The notes under the pieces were generated by a model that searched no databases, was not told where the DNA came from, and saw only the letters and a list, made by a program, of their open reading frames with translations. From positions 1 to 26,170 of the IMG/VR virus record IMGVR_UViG_3300020045_001001: a stretch of 26,170 nt of DNA; one strand, given 5' to 3'. The stretch is from a virus. Taxonomy: Duplodnaviria > Caudoviricetes. A program made the position numbers and the translations under genes. This document shows positions 15,985-23,794 of this stretch, piece after piece; position 1 is the first letter of the stretch; the number at the start of each line of letters is the position of its first letter.

Positions 15985-16530
15985 TTATACCCCACACGAA
16001 CCTCCCACAACTTTTGTACACCATGAGAGGAATTCTTTTTCTGACATGTCGTTTTTCATAGAGTTAATCCGTTTATGTACCCATTGTATGTTTCCTAAAT
16101 GGTAACCAATAGAAGAGTCTATACGATCTATAGACGCTGTAGATTGTTTCCATCTTGTATCTTTTCGTACTAAGGTAAGTTGTTCTTTTGTATAGGCACA
16201 TCTACCTTCTTGCTTTTTCCATTGCTCTACAAGATCTAGTAGAGTAATAGTAACTTCTTTCTTTCTAAAAGAAAGCCTATTTAAATACTGTTGTGAAACT
16301 CCTTCTAAACCTCGCCAATAAGGGGACTTTTCATGCTCTCGTTTTCTAGCAGAGCATGTTCTACAAGAATGGGTTCGACCGTTATGTAATTGACTAGCAC
16401 GTCGTTCAGATTCATAACCACAAACACATCTTACTTTCCAATAATGTTCGTGTTTAAAATAAGCATATCCAAGAACAAGCCAATCACCTACTGATTTTCC
16501 TTCATACTCAGATAGGAGTATCCTACCCAC
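15985..16530 (-). CDS. HNH-type (putative homing) endonuclease, 181 aa
   Basis: N-terminal W..RCVCG...SCRTC module; C-terminal CAYT...SIDRIDSSIGY..GNIQWVHKRINSMK nuclease motif; overlaps the nrdJ stop. Confidence 0.8.
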   Translation of the reverse strand: MGRILLSEYEGKSVGDWLVLGYAYFKHEHYWKVRCVCGYESERRASQLHNGRTHSCRTCSARKREHEKSPYWRGLEGVSQQYLNRLSFRKKEVTITLLDLVEQWKKQEGRCAYTKEQLTLVRKDTRWKQSTASIDRIDSSIGYHLGNIQWVHKRINSMKNDMSEKEFLSWCTKVVGGSCGV

Positions 16531-18169
16531 CGCATGTGCCCCCTCTGTTCGTAATTACACATACGTCATTCTCTTCATAGATGGTACCTTTATGCTTCAC
16601 TGCATCTGCATAAGGTACTTCTGTTAGGGGTTGACCTCCTCGACTACCATCTGGGTAACATGTAAATCCCCTAAGTCGTGGAGCGTACTGTGACAGGCAG
16701 TCAGTAAATCTTTGCACCGTATCCTCACAATTATCTTTCGTTCCCCAAGCGGGTAAATTGATGGTGGAACTGATAGACATGTCAACGTAATCTTGAATGT
16801 CGGCTTGGAAGGCAATTCGTTGTTCATAATTATGGCTCAGTTTGTATGCAGTATCTATAGACTCTGGATCGAGTCCGTACTGTTTGATAAGGATGTCCGC
16901 AGTTGAATCAACAACGTACTCATATTTCCACTTTGTTCCGTCAGTGAGGTAACGTCTCTTGTAAGCAACTGCGAATAATGGTTCAATTCCTGTAGTCGTT
17001 CCTGCGAGTATGCCAATTGATCCTGTAGGAGCGATAGCTCTGTATGCAACTGGTTTACTAATGTAGAGATGCTCGCAGTGTTCGTCGGCCGCTCGTTTGG
17101 ATTCATCTCTATATACCTTTAACCATTCATGCAACTCCGGCGTGACTTGATAAGATCCTCGTCGCTGTAGAAGCCACTCGTGGATGCCCATGAGACCGAG
17201 ACCCAACCGTCGATTTTGCTCCCGGACTTTATAGACCTTATCATAGGGTAGATCGGCTCGAAGAGTCCCGCATACCAAGAACTTTGATGCGAGTTGAACA
17301 ACATCCTTGAATTCATCCAGACTTGATATATTGCCAAGATTGATTGAACCAAGATTACATACGTCAGAGTCGTCTTCGCTCGTAACTTCTGTACAAGCGT
17401 TACGCAAGGTTTCATTCTGCTTATCTCCAAAGTTAAAGCTAAAACCGGGTTCACCAGTCATCATTGCCTGACGACAGTTCTCTTTGAATGTATGAAGGTT
17501 ACTACGATCTGCGTTATACAACCACTTATCATCATAATTCACAGAGATGTTAGTCATGTCCAGCATGGCAGGGAAGTTGAAGTCCTTTGCCTTAGCTGCC
17601 TTTACATCATCGGACCAATTCTTAACTTTAAGGAAGTCGGGGATATCTTCATGAAGCCAGTTGAGTGAGGCGTAAATTGCAGAACGCCTGCTACCTCCCT
17701 GCATAACACTTCGTCCGATCTCATTAATTGCAGACATAAGTGGGATAGGGCCTGAGCTTGTTCCCCCTGTCCTTGATAAAGGTTTACCTGATGGTCGTAA
17801 GCGCGAATAATCGTTTCCAATTCCACCCCCTGTTGTAAGACAGTTAGTAGCCTTCCATGCTGTGTCCGCCCAGTCTTGCCTGGTGTCCTCTTCGGATCTT
17901 AGTAAGTAACAGTTATTGTAAAACTTTGCGGGCCGTCCTGCGTAGTAAAGGTATCGGCCACCTGGTAAAAACCGCATTGTCTTAATATACGCGACAAGTT
18001 GCGCTCTATCTCCGGCTGACATAAGGGGCTGTACCGTACCCCATCGGCTTCCACATACGTCTTCAACGAGCCGTTCGGCAAGCGAATCCCACGTATCATT
18101 AATGCCTTGTGCATATTTGTTCCTAAAGATATTGGTTGCGAAGCTGGTCTTAAACCTGTTTATCTGCAT
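16523..18169 (-). CDS. nrdJ: Ribonucleotide reductase, class II (adenosylcobalamin-dependent), 548 aa
   Basis: FLPGGR, NNCY, GGGIG, QGGSRRSA, NACTE (thiyl Cys), CNLGSINL, RRLGLG, IAPTGS, DMSISST. GFTCYPDGSR lacks the class I YY pair. C-terminal Cys pair present; no nrdB in the window. Confidence 0.9.
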   Translation of the reverse strand: MQINRFKTSFATNIFRNKYAQGINDTWDSLAERLVEDVCGSRWGTVQPLMSAGDRAQLVAYIKTMRFLPGGRYLYYAGRPAKFYNNCYLLRSEEDTRQDWADTAWKATNCLTTGGGIGNDYSRLRPSGKPLSRTGGTSSGPIPLMSAINEIGRSVMQGGSRRSAIYASLNWLHEDIPDFLKVKNWSDDVKAAKAKDFNFPAMLDMTNISVNYDDKWLYNADRSNLHTFKENCRQAMMTGEPGFSFNFGDKQNETLRNACTEVTSEDDSDVCNLGSINLGNISSLDEFKDVVQLASKFLVCGTLRADLPYDKVYKVREQNRRLGLGLMGIHEWLLQRRGSYQVTPELHEWLKVYRDESKRAADEHCEHLYISKPVAYRAIAPTGSIGILAGTTTGIEPLFAVAYKRRYLTDGTKWKYEYVVDSTADILIKQYGLDPESIDTAYKLSHNYEQRIAFQADIQDYVDMSISSTINLPAWGTKDNCEDTVQRFTDCLSQYAPRLRGFTCYPDGSRGGQPLTEVPYADAVKHKGTIYEENDVCVITNRGGTCGG

Positions 18170-18281
18170 ACTCTTTCATTTCTTTTAGTTGTGCATCCTT
18201 TTTTGCTGCCTCCCTAGCCACCTTACGGACTAGGGAAGCTTTCCGCTCAAGCTTCTCCTGTTTCTTCTGCGACAAGCTCAT
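18150..18281 (-). CDS. Small basic hypothetical protein, 43 aa (MSLSQKKQEKLERK...)
   Basis: Translated by hand; RBS GAGGA; overlaps both neighbours and fills the gap before nrdJ. Confidence 0.5.
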   Translation of the reverse strand: MSLSQKKQEKLERKASLVRKVAREAAKKDAQLKEMKEYADKQV

Positions 18282-18405
18282 CGAACTTTTCCTCAATCTT
18301 ATAATCAAATACGTCTACAATTTCTTCTGAGGTAATGTCGAGCTTCTCTACGAGAGTGGCCGGATCATAATCCACTAAGATGTTGTTTAACTCTTTAGGT
18401 GTCAT
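18247..18405 (-). CDS. Small acidic hypothetical protein, 52 aa (MTPKELNNILVDYDPATLVEKLDITSEEIVDVF...)
   Basis: Translated by hand; ATGA overlap with the upstream gene. Confidence 0.65.
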   Translation of the reverse strand: MTPKELNNILVDYDPATLVEKLDITSEEIVDVFDYKIEEKFDELVAEETGEA

Positions 18406-18776
18406 TTCTTAAATCCAGTTACGATGCGCTGCCCGAACAGAAAGCCGAAGGCAATGTTGGCCCCTTCCAGGCCGATGGCCTTGATGGTGGCATCAACCCC
18501 ACTAAAAGCAAGACCAACACCCCCCAGAATGACCGCGAAGGCTGCTAGGTAACGCGCAGAGGCACGCAAATCTACTACCCATTGGCTAGGTGTACCTACA
18601 GGAGTGTCAAGGGCAGCAACAGCCCCCATGCGACGAATCTCCTGCTCATCTAGTTGAATCTGCTCTGCCACTGTAGTGGGTTTAACTCCACCAACAGCAA
18701 CATTAATTACCTGTTTGATCCCCTCCACCCCTACAGGAACTAGGGCAGAGAGGAGTGTAGTAAGTAGCAAACTCAT
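18402..18776 (-). CDS. Membrane protein, probable 3TM-type holin, 124 aa
   Basis: Hydrophobic N-terminus, PSQWVVDLRASAR motif, two further hydrophobic segments and a terminal GFLFGQR...KK. Confidence 0.6.
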   Translation of the reverse strand: MSLLLTTLLSALVPVGVEGIKQVINVAVGGVKPTTVAEQIQLDEQEIRRMGAVAALDTPVGTPSQWVVDLRASARYLAAFAVILGGVGLAFSGVDATIKAIGLEGANIAFGFLFGQRIVTGFKK

Positions 18777-19030
18777 TTGCAGTATCCTTCATCATAGGCG
18801 TCTATTGCAGCAAGCACAAGGGCACCTACTTTAATCAAGTTCGATCTAAAGTCTTCTTGTTGTTGTTCATTTTTATGGACTTTTTGTGCAGCACGTCCGG
18901 CATAAGCAATAATATAAGCAACCCAATCATTCTGTGTATTTGATTTATCAAATTGTTCTGTATCCCCTCCATGTTTACAGAAAGCAATTTGCCTTTCTCG
19001 TTCTTTTATTATGGCTTGTATTGCACTCAT
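18773..19030 (-). CDS. Hypothetical protein, possibly all-alpha NTP pyrophosphohydrolase-like, 85 aa
   Basis: I.KERERQ...W...LIKVGAL.LAAI pattern; ATGA coupling at both ends. Confidence 0.6.
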   Translation of the reverse strand: MSAIQAIIKERERQIAFCKHGGDTEQFDKSNTQNDWVAYIIAYAGRAAQKVHKNEQQQEDFRSNLIKVGALVLAAIDAYDEGYCK

Positions 19031-19353
19031 CGGTTATCACCATCCCCTTGAATTGTCTTTGCTGTGGCACGTTCTTGCAGCTTCTGATAATTATATGCAG
19101 CTACTTGTTCTAGATTCACACCAAGATTGTCACAAATACGAGCAAGATACCAAAGTACATCTCCAACCTCAGCAATGAATGCTTCAGGAGGGATACTATC
19201 TCCTCGGATAATCTTTTTCAACTTACCAGAGACTTCACCAGCTTCTGATGTAAGACCGTGTACGAGATAGTTAATTTCTTGAAAGCCATGTTCACCAGCA
19301 CCAGGATACACTGCGGTTTCAATAGTCTTGTTTTGATATTCAATGATGTTCAT
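19027..19353 (-). CDS. mazG: MazG-like nucleotide pyrophosphohydrolase, 108 aa
   Basis: GLTSEAGEV..KLKK..R and EVGDVLWY motifs (ExxE...ExxD). Confidence 0.85.
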   Translation of the reverse strand: MNIIEYQNKTIETAVYPGAGEHGFQEINYLVHGLTSEAGEVSGKLKKIIRGDSIPPEAFIAEVGDVLWYLARICDNLGVNLEQVAAYNYQKLQERATAKTIQGDGDNR

Positions 19354-19682
19354 TTAATTCCTTTATTTTGTTTAAGCTCCAACTCCAAAATAGCCAGAGC
19401 ATTCCAAGCTGCATGTGCGAGGTGTGTTAACTTTGTTTCATCATCTAGTGGCTGTCCCCCAAGGTGGGTAAACAGATGCCTTAGAAGGGCATCCTGATAC
19501 CTTGCTGGGCCATTCTGAACAGATTGCCACCCATTATCCGTGTACTTGTTTGCACCGAATGTTCCCACTTGACCTACTGCATAGAGGGCTTTACTAAATC
19601 CCCCTAAGACCAAGGACAGTCTAACTTTTTTACTATCATCCTTAGCTCCTATTTGATGCAGATCGTTTGAGGAGATAGTCAA
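19350..19682 (-). CDS. dATP/dGTP diphosphohydrolase-domain protein (DUF5664-like); start uncertain
   Basis: GAKDDSKKVRLSL...VGTFGANKY..NGW...RYQDALLRHL...DDETKLTHLAHAAWNAL. Candidate starts are TTG 19682 or ATG 19844 (GGAG upstream). Confidence 0.75.
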   Translation of the reverse strand: MTISSNDLHQIGAKDDSKKVRLSLVLGGFSKALYAVGQVGTFGANKYTDNGWQSVQNGPARYQDALLRHLFTHLGGQPLDDETKLTHLAHAAWNALAILELELKQNKGIK

Positions 19683-20418
19683 GGGTGATGCTGTGGCATT
19701 GGAAGCTTCCGTCGTTAACTTCGTAGAGCATGTGGATTCCCCGGAAATAATTGTTACCCTGCGGTCCGAGGTACTCTTCGTCGTGTTGGTAACAGCACCC
19801 AGCGAATAATCCGGTAAGCATTTTTCCATCGGCGCGATACTCATTATATATCTCCATTTTTTGATTGTGGCCCTGGACGCAGGACATATGTTTTTTTGTA
19901 ACCAAAGCACGGGCTGAGGTAACTGCTCGATTCATTACACCAGAAGCAAAGTAATGAGAATAGGCAATACCGTCAATCACTACGGGTTCTAGATAAGGAT
20001 GTACATCCCAACCATAGGCCCGATAGTTAAGATCATCAATAGAAAGAGTACCAGCCAACTTTGCATCTTCATTTATTGCCCTATCAATTCGATCTTCATG
20101 ATTACCTAAGAACAAATCCATCGTTGGGTAGTATCTTTTCTTTCGGTTCTTGATGGCATTTGTATTGTAGTCATACATAGGTTGCAATAAGATTTCCATT
20201 GCATTATGTGAGGCAACAATATCATCATTATACCTACGGCCTTCATACTTACGTTTACCAAAGTCGTAGACACTAAGAGAAGGCATGTCTGCAAAGTCAC
20301 CCAGACACATGATACGATCTGGTTTTTTCTCTACAATATACTCACCAACTGCTTTGAGAAATGACACATCTTGTCCTGGCTTTACCTGTACGTCTGGAAT
20401 GACGCAATGGGTAGTCAT
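19642..20418 (-). CDS. Calcineurin-like metallophosphoesterase, 258 aa
   Basis: IPDVQ, LGDFAD, LGNHE, YSHY and QGHNQ metal-binding motifs in the canonical order. Confidence 0.88.
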   Translation of the reverse strand: MTTHCVIPDVQVKPGQDVSFLKAVGEYIVEKKPDRIMCLGDFADMPSLSVYDFGKRKYEGRRYNDDIVASHNAMEILLQPMYDYNTNAIKNRKKRYYPTMDLFLGNHEDRIDRAINEDAKLAGTLSIDDLNYRAYGWDVHPYLEPVVIDGIAYSHYFASGVMNRAVTSARALVTKKHMSCVQGHNQKMEIYNEYRADGKMLTGLFAGCCYQHDEEYLGPQGNNYFRGIHMLYEVNDGSFQCHSITLDYLLKRSASNRS

Positions 20419-20537
20419 TAGATGATTTCCCAGCTAAGAACGTCAGGATCATTCCCAACAAACTCAATAGCATCATCCTTTGTATCAAAGACATGAATTT
20501 CATAGTAGTTCTTATAACGCATACGAATCTTAATCAT
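20418..20537 (-). CDS. Small hypothetical protein, 39 aa (MIKIRMRYKNYYEIHVFDTKDDAIEFVGNDPDVLSWEII)
   Basis: Translated by hand; ATGA overlap upstream and TAATG overlap downstream, filling the gap exactly. Confidence 0.7.
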   Translation of the reverse strand: MIKIRMRYKNYYEIHVFDTKDDAIEFVGNDPDVLSWEII

Positions 20538-20887
20538 CGGAGGGTTCTTTCTTCCTTAGTTTTTTTCTTGTGGCAGGGCTTACATAAAACTTGGAGGTTT
20601 TCTATTGGACAGAATAACCGTTCAATAAACACATTCCAATCAATGAAACCATCACCAACAGAGACGACAGGCTCGATGTGATCTACTTCCACATCTTTTG
20701 AGGTATAATCCTCTTGACATTTAGCACAAGTATAGTGCTTTGCCAATCGCTTTGTCTTCTCGTTAATCCTCTGTCCAGTACATGCGGCTTGTAGGCACAT
20801 ATATTTCGGTGGCCAGCGGCGTGCGCCGGTACGGAGTGCTGATACAATGAAACTTTTTACTCGACCCGCAGTCCACTGGTCACCCAT
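20534..20887 (-). CDS. HNH endonuclease-family protein, 117 aa
   Basis: CAKC...VEVDHIEPV...ENLQVLCKPCHKKKT. Confidence 0.85.
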   Translation of the reverse strand: MGDQWTAGRVKSFIVSALRTGARRWPPKYMCLQAACTGQRINEKTKRLAKHYTCAKCQEDYTSKDVEVDHIEPVVSVGDGFIDWNVFIERLFCPIENLQVLCKPCHKKKTKEERTLR

Positions 20888-21126
20888 TACGGATTTTCCT
20901 TGGACTCTTCCGAGTATGTCTTGACATTAACTAAATCAAGGGCTGACTTATTGGCTCCATAGATTCCGTCGGCTCCCCATTGCAAGGGGTACCATACATC
21001 ATCTCCGGGATCGTAATAGGCACCGTTGAAATATCGTCCGTCAAAAACGTCGTAGATTCTAATACTCGATCCACCTCTTGTTTCAATTGGTTTGGTAAAG
21101 CTAAGTGTCCTACGCGGTGTGCCCAT
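20887..21126 (-). CDS. Hypothetical phage protein, 79 aa, overlapping the exonuclease 3' end
   Basis: Strong RBS GAGGAG before ATG 21126; TAATG coupling to the next gene; FTKPIETRGG...W...G...LDL sequence. Confidence 0.7.
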   Translation of the reverse strand: MGTPRRTLSFTKPIETRGGSSIRIYDVFDGRYFNGAYYDPGDDVWYPLQWGADGIYGANKSALDLVNVKTYSEESKENP

Positions 21127-21812
21127 GTAACTCCTCTCTCTTGCATGATCCAAAGGCACATAATGTTTTGTGTGAAACGTACCACATCTTCATTATATAA
21201 AGAGAGGACAACGTTAATCATCTCTTCTTCTGTCTCTAATGGATCAATAATCTTTCCTGCTTTTACTGGCCCCAATCCATCAATACCAAGGATGTTATCT
21301 ACTTTATCGCCAATAAGCATTTGCTTATAGCAATACTTAATACCATCTAATGGGGCTGTATAAGTCTTCTCATCTCGAACCCAGTTATAGTGCCAACCAG
21401 GAATCATGAGGAGATCTTTATCTATTGTTGCTATGATTGAGTCTTCTGTCTGAGCTACACCAAGAAGATCATCCGCCTCGCAACCATGAGATTCTGTAGC
21501 ATTCCATTCTTTTAATAAAAATGCTTTACAATCTGCACGGAAGCGAGGATCGATAGTATCTCGACGATTGGCTTTATATTCCGGATACACACGGTAACGA
21601 AAGTTGGCTCGTCCAGATAAGAAACATTGGTACGTATCTGCCCCTGTCGTATGGATTAACTCTCTCATAAGAGTATCACAACGAGCAATGGCGATTTCAC
21701 GCTCAAAGTTTGTTTCTTCTTCTGTTAGGGTGCGAGGTTCTGCCTTCTTTGACGGCTCCATAGATGCAGCACATCTGTATGCTACAATATCACCATCTAC
21801 GAGGAGTTGCAT
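20931..21812 (-). CDS. 5'-3' exonuclease / flap endonuclease (T7 gp6 or T4 RNase H-like), 293 aa
   Basis: LLVDGD, NFR...YKANR, EADD, TIDKDL, GDKVDNILGIDGLGPVKA (helix-turn-helix region). Confidence 0.9.
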   Translation of the reverse strand: MQLLVDGDIVAYRCAASMEPSKKAEPRTLTEEETNFEREIAIARCDTLMRELIHTTGADTYQCFLSGRANFRYRVYPEYKANRRDTIDPRFRADCKAFLLKEWNATESHGCEADDLLGVAQTEDSIIATIDKDLLMIPGWHYNWVRDEKTYTAPLDGIKYCYKQMLIGDKVDNILGIDGLGPVKAGKIIDPLETEEEMINVVLSLYNEDVVRFTQNIMCLWIMQERGVTWAHRVGHLALPNQLKQEVDRVLESTTFLTDDISTVPITIPEMMYGTPCNGEPTESMEPISQPLI

Positions 21813-22030
21813 TAGTGTTCTACTTTAACACGAGCAAGGGTGTGGTTTGGATACCAATATTCCACGTTATCTTTTAGATAGATATATAATCCAGTAAGAC
21901 CCATATCATAGGATTGAACATCCTCAAATGTTGGACCAAGGAAATCTAAAGGAAGAGGATTCCCTCTAGCTTTCATAGCTTTCATTGCAGATGTGCGTGC
22001 TTTCTTATTCAATGTAACTATAACTTTCAT
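21812..22030 (-). CDS. Hypothetical protein, 72 aa
   Basis: RBS GGAG; TAATG coupling at both ends. Confidence 0.7.
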   Translation of the reverse strand: MKVIVTLNKKARTSAMKAMKARGNPLPLDFLGPTFEDVQSYDMGLTGLYIYLKDNVEYWYPNHTLARVKVEH

Positions 22031-22371
22031 TACGTATCTCCGACAATAGAATTAAATAATACAATACGATCTGTTTTATTTAATAGGTTTAACTTCTTAG
22101 CAACCTCTGTTGCATGGTACATCTTCAAGAAGTGTAGACAGTTATCTGTAAGAAGAGCATTTAAATTTCCCTTACGATACGCTTTCCACACAACATTTGG
22201 ATAATGATCGGGACCGCATACTGTCCAACCAAGTGCCCGCATTTGTTCATCAGCAATCCCCAAATGATACACAAAGAAGACTTGATCTATATCAGTGTTA
22301 GTAACTGGTGGGTCACAGATATAGGAACTCCCCGTAGGGAAGGTTCCTTTATGCATGTGTTCTGGAATCAT
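22030..22371 (-). CDS. Putative minimal nucleotidyltransferase (Pol-beta superfamily), 113 aa
   Basis: TGSSYICDPPVTNTDID fits the GS-x(10)-DxD pattern; RBS AAGGA. Confidence 0.55.
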   Translation of the reverse strand: MIPEHMHKGTFPTGSSYICDPPVTNTDIDQVFFVYHLGIADEQMRALGWTVCGPDHYPNVVWKAYRKGNLNALLTDNCLHFLKMYHATEVAKKLNLLNKTDRIVLFNSIVGDT

Positions 22372-22519
22372 ACAATCCTTCTAAGGCATTCGCTGCTTCT
22401 TCTAAAAGATCTGCCAGTCTATCTGGTTTACCTTCTTGCACACTTTTTCGTGTGTCTATCTGCCTACGTATCGCTGCCCTGATACGTAAGCGAGATATTA
22501 GATCAGTATGGGATATCAT
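22349..22519 (-). CDS. Hypothetical phage protein, about 56 aa
   Basis: LISRLRIRAAIRRQI..RKSVQEGKPDRLADLLEEAA; overlaps both neighbours; start 22519 or 22534. Confidence 0.65.
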   Translation of the reverse strand: MISHTDLISRLRIRAAIRRQIDTRKSVQEGKPDRLADLLEEAANALEGLYDSRTHA

Positions 22520-23048
22520 CTTCCATATCAGCAAAGTTAGGTTCAGGGGTATCTAACTTTACACCTTTTTGAAACACCCAATTGCAGTACATGTCAGCAA
22601 CCTTGAGGATCTCTTCCAACTCTGGTTTGGTTTTGGAATTACTGGTCACTGTTTCGATAGCATTTGACAGAGAAGACTGCCGTACAATGAGAACTTGTCG
22701 AGCAGCGCGTTCATCTGCGGTTTCATAAGTGCTCTTTGGAGAAGCGAAGCCGGCTTTTGCTGGTGGAGCATCCGGAGTTGCTGCTGGAGTGCTACCACCT
22801 TCATCAACGGCAACCCAGTCCCAGTATGTAGTTTCTGCATTTTTCTCCGTAGTCACAGTAAGTTTCTGTCCTTGTTGTGCTTTGGACAGGATGTTAAACA
22901 CGTCCTTATATGTAAAGGACATAACCTTCTTGCCTTCAATCTTGCCTGTGTCTACTCGACGGAAGGCAACATCCAGCATGGTGTAGCTACCCTTAGCTGT
23001 GGGCTTGGTGATACTCTGAACATTAATAATCTCAATTTCAAATTTCAT
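22503..23048 (-). CDS. Putative single-stranded DNA-binding protein, 181 aa
   Basis: RBS AAGGAG; beta-rich N-terminal half; acidic C-terminal tail DMEDDIPY like SSB tails; located between the polymerase and exonuclease genes. Confidence 0.7.
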   Translation of the reverse strand: MKFEIEIINVQSITKPTAKGSYTMLDVAFRRVDTGKIEGKKVMSFTYKDVFNILSKAQQGQKLTVTTEKNAETTYWDWVAVDEGGSTPAATPDAPPAKAGFASPKSTYETADERAARQVLIVRQSSLSNAIETVTSNSKTKPELEEILKVADMYCNWVFQKGVKLDTPEPNFADMEDDIPY

Positions 23049-23057
23049 ATTACTCCT

Positions 23058-23794
23058 TTAAATTACTGTTAAATCTTTCATGTTTGGACCATAACCCACC
23101 TCACAAAGCAATGGAAGATTCCAATCCACTTTGAAAGCTGTCGAGATACTCTTAGGCATATCCCTAAAGGTTTCATCTATCATCTCTTTTGCTGCCATTA
23201 TATTCTTTTCTGGTACATCTAATACTATACTATCATGTACCGTGGAAATAAGCAACCCCTCTAGTCCAGATTTGAACCAGCGATTTGCGAATGAGACACG
23301 CGCAACTGCCATAACATCCGTTCCACATCCTTGATTGATATGGTTACAGATGTCGGGGATGTTCCACTCTGGGCCTCTTGCAGTCTGCCTTTGAGTGTGT
23401 TCATGCACTCGTCCAAAAGGACTAACATTAAATCCTCTTGTAGTGACCTCTTGGATAAGTTCGATGTGCTTTGCGTTAAGTCCATAATATTTCTCAAAGA
23501 AATTGTCAATAATCTTTTGCCAGAACTTCTGACTTGTACTTACTTGGGAGAAGTCAGGATCGTGTGCATAAGCAAAAGCAGGACCCCGGTAAATACACCT
23601 AAACAGAAAGATCTTACTGATGAGGCGAGATATGAGCTTGAGGTCTTTTTGGTTTTTTGTATGGATGTCATTTAGTTTTGGGTTGTCTACAAATTCTAGC
23701 CACTCTTGAATTCCATTCTTATCTTGACTAAGGAACAAATACGAGATCCATACGGTAGCTCCAGCGACTTTACGTCGGCATTTACGATAGTCAC
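23058..23794 (-). CDS. Family A DNA polymerase, C-terminal catalytic part, interrupted by an 8-nt out-of-frame insert at 23751-23758
   Basis: GTG 23794 (GTGA overlap, RBS GAGGT) reads MTIVNADVKSLE (motif A). After CTACCGTA another frame reads WISYLFLSQD...RLISKIFLFRCIYRG (motif B)...STVHDSIVLD (motif C). Removing the 8 nt gives a 242-aa ORF. Confidence 0.85.

Noticed and set aside
15985-16530. Group I intron in nrdJ (and likewise in the polymerase)
   Set aside because: The HNH ORFs fill the entire intervals and I could not identify ribozyme core elements by eye; an Infernal search would be needed to exclude this formally.
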